NCBI GenBank assembly: GCA_002084525.1
Contig: NBLH01000001.1
Coordinates: 1-37,799 of the forward strand
DNA length: 37,799 nt
Direction of reading: 5' to 3'
Source: Bacteroidetes bacterium 4572_117
GTDB lineage: Bacteria > Bacteroidota > Bacteroidia > Bacteroidales > NBLH01
Shown here: in pieces, positions 1 through 8,324 of the stretch
How the letters are laid out: every line of letters starts with the position of its first letter
Numbering within the stretch: the stretch's first letter is position 1
The notes under the pieces: model-generated
What the model was told of the DNA's origin: nothing
Databases searched by the model: none
Seen by the model: the letters and a program-made list of their open reading frames with translations, nothing else
Position numbers and translations under genes: made by a program

Positions 1-79
1 AAAATAAGAAAAATGCAGACTTCATTAGGTTAAAATTCATTTTTTTCGTATAATTAATAGAAGTAGCCTATAGTTTAAA

Positions 80-1315
80 ATGCAAAAACTAAAACTTACA
101 AATAAGATGAAAATAATCATAGATAATTTTAGTAGAATACAATTGTTTATTTTTTTGATGCTGTTACCGGCACTTTTTTCATGCAATAATTCTGATAAAA
201 CTTATAAAATCGCTATTTCCGACCCTTCTACATCACTTAATCAGGTTGGGATACCCCTAGTTAAACTTCTTGAAAAAGAACTAAATATCAAGTTTGAAAT
301 TGTTGACCAAACTAGTGGTTCCTCTGAACATATTAAGCTTCTTTCGACTATTACACCTTTGTATAACCAAAATTTGTTCATTATTTACCCCGATTCATTA
401 AAACCAAAGAATATAGGCGACTTAATACGGGGAAGGAGAATAGGCTTAGGGGTAGAAGAAGGTGGGACAGCTATGTTTACACAAAATATATTTAAAGAGC
501 TTGGTATTGATTACTCAGAATATACAGCAGTTTATGGAAAAAACAAAGATAATGTCTGCAATAACTCAATTGATGTAAGTTGCTCATTTACTTCATTTAA
601 TAGCAACAGGATAGTAAATATGCTAAAAAATAAGAATACCCGTTTATTTAGCCTCGACGATGCAGAAAAAGCATTTGGCGGCTCGGCGGTTGATGGGATC
701 TGTAAAAAATTATGGACTGCAAAACCACTTGTTATCCCAAAAAACAGCTACTATTCCAAGCCTGAGGAACCTATTTTAACGGTTTCTGTTTTTACATCGC
801 TTTTGTGCAAAAAAAACCTTGATACAGAATTTATACATGATATAACAGAGACTATAGTAAAAAACAAATCGATATTGATAAAAGAGAACCCCGTTATTAA
901 CCAGGTATCAGAAAATAATTTACATGAAACACTCTATTATCCTTTACATAGGGGGGTACACATGTTTCTTGACCGAAACAAACCATCGTTTTTAGAGCGG
1001 TATGCAGAAGTTATTGCCTTGGTTTTATCGATTGTGATACTTTTATCGGGTATTATCAGTTCGTACAGGAACTGGAGCAAACAAAGAAAAAAAGATAGGA
1101 TAGATGTTTACTATGAGCAAGTACTTGAAATTGATTGCAGCATAATGGAAACGACTGATACACAGAAGCTTAACCAAAAAATAGAAACTTTGTACAAAAT
1201 ACGTGAACGGGCATTTGAAAACCTGATAAAAGAAAAATTAAGCGCAGACGAAAGTTTTAAAATATTTATGAACTTAATGACCGATGCTATCCATAAAATT
1301 GAACAACGGTTATAA
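80..1315 (+). CDS. TAXI-family (TRAP transporter) solute-binding-like lipoprotein with C-terminal TM helix and cytoplasmic tail
   Basis: Lipobox-like LFSC; TAXI-like motifs TSGS, GRRIGLGVEEGGT, IPKNSY, YPLHRG; then PSFLERYAE, a hydrophobic helix and a charged helical tail. The true start may be ATG 107. It appears to lack about 20 aa after GSSEHIKLL. Confidence 0.7.
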   Translation: MQKLKLTNKMKIIIDNFSRIQLFIFLMLLPALFSCNNSDKTYKIAISDPSTSLNQVGIPLVKLLEKELNIKFEIVDQTSGSSEHIKLLSTITPLYNQNLFIIYPDSLKPKNIGDLIRGRRIGLGVEEGGTAMFTQNIFKELGIDYSEYTAVYGKNKDNVCNNSIDVSCSFTSFNSNRIVNMLKNKNTRLFSLDDAEKAFGGSAVDGICKKLWTAKPLVIPKNSYYSKPEEPILTVSVFTSLLCKKNLDTEFIHDITETIVKNKSILIKENPVINQVSENNLHETLYYPLHRGVHMFLDRNKPSFLERYAEVIALVLSIVILLSGIISSYRNWSKQRKKDRIDVYYEQVLEIDCSIMETTDTQKLNQKIETLYKIRERAFENLIKEKLSADESFKIFMNLMTDAIHKIEQRL

Positions 1316-1446
1316 TTATCTGTTTATAAAGTTAATACTTCGTTATATTTTTGCCACGAATGCACGAATAAAAAGGTAACGGACTAATAATTAGCAATTT
1401 ACACAATCACCTAATATAATAAACGTCTTAAATAAATATGGAAAGT

Positions 1447-1486
1447 ATACACCCGTCCGACCGCTTTGAGCGGTAGTACGGATATG
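1447..1486. repeat. REP-like GC-rich hairpin
   Basis: CCCGTCCG-ACCGCT-TTG-AGCGGT-AGTACGGATATG, an imperfect palindrome in an AT-rich spacer. Confidence 0.55.
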
Positions 1487-1692
1487 TTCCGCATAAAAAT
1501 ATGTCGTTTATTATAGTGTCCTAATCTGCTGATTATCAGTCCATTTTAAAAATATACCGAGCTATTGAAAGACAAGGCTTTTGTTTAATTAGATACTGTG
1601 TCTTTAAAATCAAGGCTGCGGTGTCGGAAAACAATAAAATAACCTGAAATAAATAAACCATTGATTTTATGCAAACTAAAATTAATATGCCA

Positions 1693-1839
1693 TTAACTGC
1701 TTTCAGCCAAATAGCCCCTATCATCGGGTAGGTTGGGTTTTAAAGAAGCTTCAACAGCTAGCCGGTCGCAACGTTCATTCTCTTTTATATTAGCATGGCC
1801 TTTTATCCAAATTAATTTTATTTTGTGTTTTTTTTTTTT
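1693..1839 (-). pseudogene. rnhA: Ribonuclease HI 3' fragment (no start codon, N-terminal ~2/3 absent)
   Basis: The minus strand translates [48 protein letters not shown], containing the RNase HI C-terminal motif WxKGH...NERCDxLA. It begins in a 12-nt A tract (1828-1839). Confidence 0.85.
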
Positions 1840-1849
1840 CTCGAACCGA

Positions 1850-1857
1850 CAAAGATA
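1850..1857 (-). promoter_or_regulatory. Bacteroidota sigmaA -7 element (TATCTTTG) upstream of the rnhA remnant
   Basis: Matches TAnnTTTG and lies 10 nt before the A tract that starts the rnhA fragment. Confidence 0.5.
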
Positions 1858-1874
1858 AGTTTTTATACATAAAA

Positions 1875-2516
1875 TTAAAAAAAAGTTCTGCGGGATTTAG
1901 TACTGGTCGATTGGATAAATTCCAGCATGCTGTTAAGTTGCCTTTTCGACAGATATACAGTAACCCCCTCTTTACCAACATAAAACCTGAAAGATATGTC
2001 CTTATCGGCAAGCAACTTGTCTATAATTTTTTTATCGAAGTTAAAATAGCTGATATTGTTAATATAAGTATTTGTTGTTGAGGTGTTTGTGTGAGTTTCA
2101 CTACTAATTTCTTTATCGTCGTCTTTATCGTTTTCCGATTCTTTTTCTTTGTAATCTATTGTGTGTTGGCTTTTTGTAGTAGTGCTGCTTATTTTTTCTG
2201 TATTGCCATCATAAAAAATTGCATCAAACACTTCATTTTTAACTTTTATCGATAGTTTTGTCCCCAGTTTGCCATCGCTAGGGGAAGTATGGAAATTAAT
2301 TTTTCCTGATAAAGAGAGTAAACCCGATTGGTCGAATTCTTTATAATACTTTATCCTTACACTTTCCTTTTTTTTAAAATCTTTTCGGGCAGTATACATT
2401 TGTTCCATCATCATTTTATGCTTATTCTCAAACTCGTCGTAATTGTAATAAACCCTGCTTTTAAAACACGAAATTGGAACTAGGGGTATCATCATAAGAA
2501 ATAATAAAGCTTTCAT
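1875..2516 (-). CDS. Hypothetical exported protein, possible lipoprotein
   Basis: Long ORF; [17 protein letters not shown] signal/lipobox-like N-terminus; internal acidic and S/T-rich loop. ATG 2516 preferred over the ORF-track start at 2528. Confidence 0.65.
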   Translation of the reverse strand: MKALLFLMMIPLVPISCFKSRVYYNYDEFENKHKMMMEQMYTARKDFKKKESVRIKYYKEFDQSGLLSLSGKINFHTSPSDGKLGTKLSIKVKNEVFDAIFYDGNTEKISSTTTKSQHTIDYKEKESENDKDDDKEISSETHTNTSTTNTYINNISYFNFDKKIIDKLLADKDISFRFYVGKEGVTVYLSKRQLNSMLEFIQSTSTKSRRTFF

Positions 2517-2929
2517 AAGGTTTAACACTTCGTTAAATTTTAGATTATCGATTATAAATTTTAGATTAACCCACCATCAAAATGCACTTTAAAACGACTA
2601 GGCCTATCGCTGTAATCGCTAAATTTTCAATACGCTATAGGCGTTTAGCCTACTATTTATGGTTAATCGTTCAATTATTTACCAAACGTAGTAAAAAAAC
2701 CTATCGGAATCATTTTTTCCTGTCTCTTTGTATATGTCTTTAATTGTACATTTATTTTTGTTGGTTATACTAACATTTTAGTAGGTGTGCTTAACCATAA
2801 AGTAATTTTGATATAAATTTAAAATGGTTATTTGTTGATTTGTTTATGTGGTTATAACCAGCATAACTTAGCAGTGCGAGCGTATAAAAGGATAAGGAAA
2901 TAATCCAATAATTATAATTACCACGAAAC

Positions 2930-3532
2930 TTACAAATCTACCAAACCTGGGAAAAAATTTCTTATTGAAATTGCAAGATTTGACATAAATAATTTTATTG
3001 CAATTGCAAGTAAAATAATACCAAACATTTTTCTTAATATCATTATTCCGCTCTGCCCCAAAACCTTTTCAAAAACATGTGTTAACCTTAAAACAATATA
3101 TACTACTATTATATTTAAAACCAGTGCAATAATAATATCTGTTAAAGGGTATTCTGCGCGTAACGATAGCAAAGTCGTCATTGAACCGGCACCGGCAATT
3201 AATGGAAAAGCCAGTGGTACAATTGATGAACTCTCGGTGGCATTATCTTTAAAAAGGCTAATCCCAAGCACCATTTCCAGGGACAGAAAAAATAAAATGA
3301 ACGCCCCTGCAATGGCAAACGACGAAATATCCACACCAAATACACCCAACAGCCTTTCTCCAATAAAAAGAAATAGCAACATAAAAACAAAAGCCACTAT
3401 TGTTGCCTTTTCTGATTGTATCCTTCCGCCTTTCTTTTTTAAATCAAGTATAATAGGTATTGATCCGGTAATATCGATTACTGCAAATAATACCATAAAT
3501 GACGAAAAAATATTTATGAAATTTATTTCCAT
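2930..3532 (-). CDS. MarC family integral membrane protein
   Basis: LFAVIDITGSIP, SIVPLAFPLIAGAGS and KMFGIILLAIAIK motifs; six hydrophobic segments. Confidence 0.92.
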   Translation of the reverse strand: MEINFINIFSSFMVLFAVIDITGSIPIILDLKKKGGRIQSEKATIVAFVFMLLFLFIGERLLGVFGVDISSFAIAGAFILFFLSLEMVLGISLFKDNATESSSIVPLAFPLIAGAGSMTTLLSLRAEYPLTDIIIALVLNIIVVYIVLRLTHVFEKVLGQSGIMILRKMFGIILLAIAIKLFMSNLAISIRNFFPGLVDL

Positions 3533-3536
3533 GATT

Positions 3537-3710
3537 TTATTTTTTTAATTTATTAATTCGATAACTAAACACAATAAGCACTATTGATAACAATATACCA
3601 GTATAAGCTTTACTGTTGTTAAGCCAGCTTAAATTATCAAAATCAAAAACACTAATTGACATTGCAAAAACTGTAATTGCTATTATTCTAATAAAATTTA
3701 ATTTTTTCAT
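3537..3710 (-). CDS. Small 57-aa two-TM membrane protein (not in ORF track)
   Basis: MKKLNFIRIIAITVFAMSISVFDFDNLSWLNNSKAYTGILLSIVLIVFSYRINKLKK*; the stop lies 4 nt before the marC-family ATG. Confidence 0.7.
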   Translation of the reverse strand: MKKLNFIRIIAITVFAMSISVFDFDNLSWLNNSKAYTGILLSIVLIVFSYRINKLKK

Positions 3711-3963
3711 TTATTAATTCCTCAAACCAGTTGTCGATTTCTCTTTTTGTACTAATTTTCTCGAATAACGATAATGAATATTTTATCACATCATTGTCAT
3801 TTATCCATTTATATACTTCGACTGGTCATAATTTGAGATTTGGCACTATATTTAACGTATTGATTATTATTCGTTTATACAGTATAGCAAAACGCAGTTT
3901 ATGACCGCTCAGCATATAGAAGGGGGCAACATCTGTTTTAGATAGTTTTTTTAAGATAACCAT
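3688..3963 (-). pseudogene. GNAT (RimJ/RimL-like) N-acetyltransferase pseudogene, interrupted by a MITE-like insert and 3'-truncated
   Basis: ATG 3963 gives MVILKKLSKTDVAPFY, then a ~105-bp insert, then KWINDNDVIKYSLSLFEKISTKREIDNWFEELINEK. Joined, this resembles an Acetyltransf_3-type N-terminus. It starts 5 nt after the M64 stop. Confidence 0.7.
3810..3918. mobile_element. Miniature inverted-repeat element with TA/TATA target duplication
   Basis: Left end TATATACTTCGACTGGTCATAATTTG; reverse complement of right end TATATGCTGAGCGGTCATAAACTG. Removing the element and one TATA restores ttc-tat-aaa-tgg in frame. Confidence 0.75.
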
Positions 3964-3968
3964 AAATC

Positions 3969-5240
3969 TCATTCGCTATAAAACTTCAGCATATCTGTAA
4001 CTGCTTTTAAACATACCGGGCAAAATTCATTAATCTGGTTTGAACGCATTTTACAATCGTATACCGGGCGATATATTTTTTTGCTGACATAACCGGCACC
4101 TTCAAAAGCACCAACTTTATTTTTGTATTTCTCGGTATCAGGTGTTGGGATGGGTGTTTTTTTATCGACCATTTTTCCCCATTTGCTGTCAAAATCAACT
4201 AATGTTGTTATGTTTACTTGCCACGGTTCAACGCTTAAATCATAGATATCTTCAGCATTATCAACGCCATAGTGGTATTCATCTGCCAAAGCGGCAAAGG
4301 CGTGGCCAAATTCATGGGTAAATACTTGTTCGGCATACTCATTATCGCTTGTACACAGGTTATAATAATTATATATGCCACCCCCACCATACTTGCCCGA
4401 ATTCACCAATATATATATCTGATCATAAGGTACATAGGCAGCCAAATCCCTAATTTGTTTAACATCACGGGTTGTTAAATATCGCTCGCTGTTAAATGTG
4501 AAAAAGTGAGTATTTAAAACCGTATTTTTCCAAGTATCTGTTCCAGGGATATCGGTTCCCGATTCTTCAGAAGCAGCATTAACTATCCAGAAATTAATTT
4601 TGCTTTTATTCTCTTTAAATGGCGATACCTTAAAAAAATAACCCATAAAACGAGCAACATCTTTCTTGAATTTTACCATTTCCTGCTTGGTGTACCCATC
4701 AGGTAAAACTACAATATCAAGGCTTGTTGCCGCATTACCGCTACCATGTAGTTTTTCGGTAGCATATTTATCTGTTTTATCTTTTACGATAAAATAGTTT
4801 GCCGGGTCAATTTTATGTTCGAAAACCGTATGGAAAACATTTTTGCGATCCCTGTTTTGCAATTTTAGCACAACTTTGTATTTCGGAAATGGCATAACTA
4901 CCGATTCGTAATAACTTCTTGATACCATTTTTGCCTCATCAGTATCTATCCATTCACGAAAAAGGGTAGAATAACCCCTTGAATAAATCAATTTTTTCCC
5001 GGTAGAATCGTAAAGCATTATACGGTAATCGCCAAAATTGAATTTATCAATAAGGTTTATTTTTGAACCACCCCAAAAAGCCTCCTCTTTTAATTGTTCA
5101 AAGTAAACAAAAGAAGCCTCAGAATTTCCTGCCCGTGTATAATCAAAACGTAGGGTTTTTAGCAAAAAATAATCGTCGAAATTAATTTGCGCAAATATTG
5201 AATTCGATAGCAGAATAAATATAATCGTTAATTTTTTCAT
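3969..5240 (-). CDS. Peptidase M64 (IgA peptidase-like) with N-terminal M64_N domain
   Basis: Signal peptide, KTLRFDY start, HEFGHAFAALADEY zinc motif, FEGAGY...YRP..DCKMRS...FCPVC. Confidence 0.92.
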   Translation of the reverse strand: MKKLTIIFILLSNSIFAQINFDDYFLLKTLRFDYTRAGNSEASFVYFEQLKEEAFWGGSKINLIDKFNFGDYRIMLYDSTGKKLIYSRGYSTLFREWIDTDEAKMVSRSYYESVVMPFPKYKVVLKLQNRDRKNVFHTVFEHKIDPANYFIVKDKTDKYATEKLHGSGNAATSLDIVVLPDGYTKQEMVKFKKDVARFMGYFFKVSPFKENKSKINFWIVNAASEESGTDIPGTDTWKNTVLNTHFFTFNSERYLTTRDVKQIRDLAAYVPYDQIYILVNSGKYGGGGIYNYYNLCTSDNEYAEQVFTHEFGHAFAALADEYHYGVDNAEDIYDLSVEPWQVNITTLVDFDSKWGKMVDKKTPIPTPDTEKYKNKVGAFEGAGYVSKKIYRPVYDCKMRSNQINEFCPVCLKAVTDMLKFYSE

Positions 5241-5384
5241 GATGCAGAAGTTTGGTTATCATTAATTAAAACATTTCCAACTTTTACTTTATCTTTTTAA
5301 ATAACAACAATTTAGCAATAAAACAATTCTATCAACATTTTACCCGGGGTTAAGCCTTTTTTATAAAATAATGGGTTTCCTTAT

Positions 5385-6656
5385 TTATTCAATCACCTCA
5401 AAACCGGTATATGGAATTAAGACATCAGGAATTTTTATACCATTTTCAGTTTGGTTATTTTCTAATAATGCAGCAACTATACGTGGTAAAGCCAAAGCAC
5501 TGCCATTTAAAGTATGTGCCAATTTGGTTTTTTTCTCGCCTTTTTCTTTAAAACGAAGCTTTAACCGGTTTGCTTGGTAATCGATAAAATTAGATACAGA
5601 ACTAACCTCGAGCCATTTTTCCTGTGCTGCTGAATACACCTCAAAATCGTAGGTTAAAGCCGATGTGAAACTTAAATCGCCACCACATAAACGTAAAATA
5701 CGGTATGGTAAATTTAAACTTTGCACTAAGGTCTCAACATAGCTAACCATCTCATCAAGAGCCTCATACGACTCTTTAGGGTGCCGTACTTGTACAATCT
5801 CGACCTTATCGAACTGGTGCAACCGGTTTAATCCGCGAACATCTTTACCATAAGAGCCGGCCTCGCGCCTAAAACAAGGAGTATAAGCTACTGTTTTAAT
5901 AGGGAAATCGTTGGCGTTTAAAATAACATCCCTGAAAATATTTGTAACAGGAACCTCTGCCGTAGGGATTAAATAAAAATTATCTACTGTAGCATGATAC
6001 ATCTGCCCTTCTTTGTCAGGAAGTTGTCCCGTACCAAAGCCCGAAGCCTCATTAACCAATAATGGCGGGATAACTTCATTATATCCGTTTTCTGTGGCTT
6101 TATCAAGAAAATAGCTTATTATTGCCCTTTGTAATTTTGCACCTTTTCCTTTGTAAACCGGAAACCCGGCACCTGTTATTTTATTCCCGAGTTCAAAATC
6201 AATTAAATCGTACTTTTTTGCTAATTCCCAATGTGGTAAATTTGCTTTCAATTCAGGAAAAACACCCCCTTCTTTAATAGTTTCGTTATCGTCTTCGCTT
6301 TTCCCTGCCGGCACCAAATTGTGGGGTATATTTGGCAACTGTACAATTAATTCAATTAATTCATTTTCTAAACTATTTAGCTTATCATTCAGCTCTTTCG
6401 ACTCGGTTTTTAAGCTACCTGTTTTTTCTTTTGCTTTATTAGCTTCTTCAACTTTTCCTTCTTTAAACAGCATCCCTATTTGTTTAGAAATACTGTTTGA
6501 TTCTGCCAGGCAATTATCTAGTTTATTCTGGGTTTCCTTCCTCGAATCATCAACACTTATAATTTTATCAACAACTGGCTGTGCATCAAAGTTTTTGATT
6601 TTCAGTCGATTAACAATATCTTCAGTATTTTCGCGTAAAAATTTAATTGTGAGCAT
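5385..6656 (-). CDS. serS: Serine--tRNA ligase
   Basis: N-terminal coiled coil, LIPTAEVP, CFRREAGSYGKDVRGLNRLHQFDKVE, HTLNGSALALPR. Confidence 0.98.
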   Translation of the reverse strand: MLTIKFLRENTEDIVNRLKIKNFDAQPVVDKIISVDDSRKETQNKLDNCLAESNSISKQIGMLFKEGKVEEANKAKEKTGSLKTESKELNDKLNSLENELIELIVQLPNIPHNLVPAGKSEDDNETIKEGGVFPELKANLPHWELAKKYDLIDFELGNKITGAGFPVYKGKGAKLQRAIISYFLDKATENGYNEVIPPLLVNEASGFGTGQLPDKEGQMYHATVDNFYLIPTAEVPVTNIFRDVILNANDFPIKTVAYTPCFRREAGSYGKDVRGLNRLHQFDKVEIVQVRHPKESYEALDEMVSYVETLVQSLNLPYRILRLCGGDLSFTSALTYDFEVYSAAQEKWLEVSSVSNFIDYQANRLKLRFKEKGEKKTKLAHTLNGSALALPRIVAALLENNQTENGIKIPDVLIPYTGFEVIE

Positions 6657-6707
6657 AATAAGTTATCTAAAGTGAAATATTTAATAAAAAAGTTCTTACT
6701 GGTTAAC

Positions 6708-6760
6708 AAAAAAATCTCCACAAAATTATCAATTTAAATTAATAATTAAGGGAGATTTTG
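6708..6760 (-). terminator. Probable intrinsic terminator after rpmA
   Basis: Minus strand AAAATCTCC...GGAGATTTTTTT with an additional AT-rich inner stem. Confidence 0.55.
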
Positions 6761-6797
6761 AGATATTATGGAAATTATTAAAACTTCCGATATTTTT

Positions 6798-7073
6798 TTA
6801 TTTGCTTTCTTCTTCTTCTGCAGCAGCTATTACAGAAACCAATGATTTGTTATTCCTTGTCTTTTTGAACTCAACAAAACCATCAATCAATGCAAATAAG
6901 GTATGATCTTTTCCCATTCCAACATTTTCATTTGCAAAATGTTTGGTACCTCTTTGCCTTACAAGTATATTACCTGCTTTTGCAAATTGTCCACCAAAAA
7001 TTTTCACCCCTAGCCTTTTACTTTCCGATTCCCTACCGTTTCTTGAACTACCGGCTCCTTTCTTATGTGCCAT
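6798..7073 (-). CDS. rpmA: 50S ribosomal protein L27
   Basis: [39 protein letters not shown]. Confidence 0.99.
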   Translation of the reverse strand: MAHKKGAGSSRNGRESESKRLGVKIFGGQFAKAGNILVRQRGTKHFANENVGMGKDHTLFALIDGFVEFKKTRNNKSLVSVIAAAEEEESK

Positions 7074-7109
7074 ATCTTAAATTTTTATTGTTCTAAACTA
7101 AATTAATAA

Positions 7110-7424
7110 TTATAAAGAAATTGCTTCAATTTCTATTTGAGTAAAATTTTGACGATGCCCGTTTTCTTTTTGGTAACCTTTACGTCTTTTCTTTTTGAAA
7201 ACTTTTACTTTATCGCCCCTAACATCGTCTTTTATAACTTTAGCGGTAATTTTAGCACCTTCAATATTAGGAGTACCAACTTTTACTTCGCCGTTATCGT
7301 CAATTAGCAAAACACTTTCAAAATCTACTGTTTCTCCCTCTTTTTGTTCTAATCGGTGAACAAAAATCTTTTTGTCTTTTTCTACTTTAAACTGTTGTCC
7401 AGCTATTTCTACAATTGCATACAT
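7110..7424 (-). CDS. rplU: 50S ribosomal protein L21
   Basis: [24 protein letters not shown]...GHRQ. Confidence 0.99.
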   Translation of the reverse strand: MYAIVEIAGQQFKVEKDKKIFVHRLEQKEGETVDFESVLLIDDNGEVKVGTPNIEGAKITAKVIKDDVRGDKVKVFKKKRRKGYQKENGHRQNFTQIEIEAISL

Positions 7425-7439
7425 AATTATTATTTTTAT

Positions 7440-7503
7440 TTCAGGGGCGGTAACCTATAGTGCTTATTTACAAAACAGACTATCACTTAGTTTACCCCTT
7501 GAA
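7440..7503 (-). promoter_or_regulatory. Structured 5' leader of rplU-rpmA (candidate ribosomal-protein leader)
   Basis: mRNA UUCAAGGGGUAAACUAAGUGAUAGU...GCACUAUAGGUUACCGCCCCUGAA can form a long stem between the promoter and the ATG. Confidence 0.55.
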
Positions 7504-7517
7504 CTTATTTTGGACTG

Positions 7518-7548
7518 CAAAAGTAGATAAATTTATTTCTAATACAAA
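7518..7548 (-). promoter_or_regulatory. Bacteroidota sigmaA promoter of rplU
   Basis: TTTG (7548-7545) - N19 - TACTTTTG (7525-7518), matching the -33/-7 consensus. Confidence 0.8.
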
Positions 7549-7586
7549 AGAATTATTTGATTATTGAAAATAACCAACAATTTTAT

Positions 7587-7594
7587 TACTTTTG
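7587..7594 (+). promoter_or_regulatory. sigmaA -7 element for the bifunctional nuclease gene
   Basis: TACTTTTG, 27 nt before ATG 7622. Confidence 0.6.
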
Positions 7595-7621
7595 TTTCGA
7601 TTATTAGTATACTTCACTTGG

Positions 7622-8203
7622 ATGAAAAAAATAAGACTTAACATTGAAAGCCTCGTATATAGTCAAACACAATCTGGTGCATATGTGCTTGTGCTGATTG
7701 AAGAAAATGGAGACAGGAAACTACCGATTGTTATTGGTTCTGCCGAAGCGCAGGCAATTGCCATTGCTTTAGAGGGGATGAAACCGCCACGCCCGTTAAC
7801 ACACGACCTTTTTGTTAATTTTGCATCAGCGTTCAGCATTAACCTTAACGAAGTGCTGATTACAAAACTTGAAGAAGGTATTTTCTATTCAGAATTATTA
7901 TGCGACAGCCTATCAAACAAAATAAAAATTGATTCGCGGACATCGGATGCCGTAGCATTGGCTATTAGGTTTAAATGCTCTATTTATGCAAGCGAAGAAG
8001 TTTTACAAAATGCAGGTATATCACCCACAGAATACGGCAATGTTGAAAGCCCAGAAGATGAACCAGTTCTCTCAAAATCTGAAAATTACAATTTAAGTTC
8101 AAAATCAATTAGCGAACTAGAAAAACTACTTTCAAAAGCCATCAATAATGAGGATTATGAATTTGCTTCAAAAATAAGAGATGAAATAAATGAAAGGGAA
8201 TAA
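7622..8203 (+). CDS. Bifunctional nuclease family (DUF151) protein with C-terminal UvrB/UvrC motif
   Basis: LPIVIGSAEAQAI, PPRPLTHDL, IDSRTSDAVALA, EDYEFASKIRDEI; ATG 7622 preferred. Confidence 0.93.
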   Translation: MKKIRLNIESLVYSQTQSGAYVLVLIEENGDRKLPIVIGSAEAQAIAIALEGMKPPRPLTHDLFVNFASAFSINLNEVLITKLEEGIFYSELLCDSLSNKIKIDSRTSDAVALAIRFKCSIYASEEVLQNAGISPTEYGNVESPEDEPVLSKSENYNLSSKSISELEKLLSKAINNEDYEFASKIRDEINERE

Positions 8204-8324
8204 TTTTTCTATCTCAGGCATTTCAATTATTTTAGCCAATCATTTTTTTATTATGCTCTCTGTAATTGTAGTACATAAGTTAAATGTGTTTGTTATTTAA
8301 TAACCATTCCTAAATATTTGTTTT

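Noticed and set aside
1536-2011. ORF-track entries 1536..1724 and 1790..2011
   Set aside because: Off-frame overlaps of the rnhA remnant and the 1875..2516 gene; no recognisable protein features
2534-2568. Direct repeat TAAATTTTAGATTA twice
   Set aside because: Low-complexity AT-rich duplication with no supportable function
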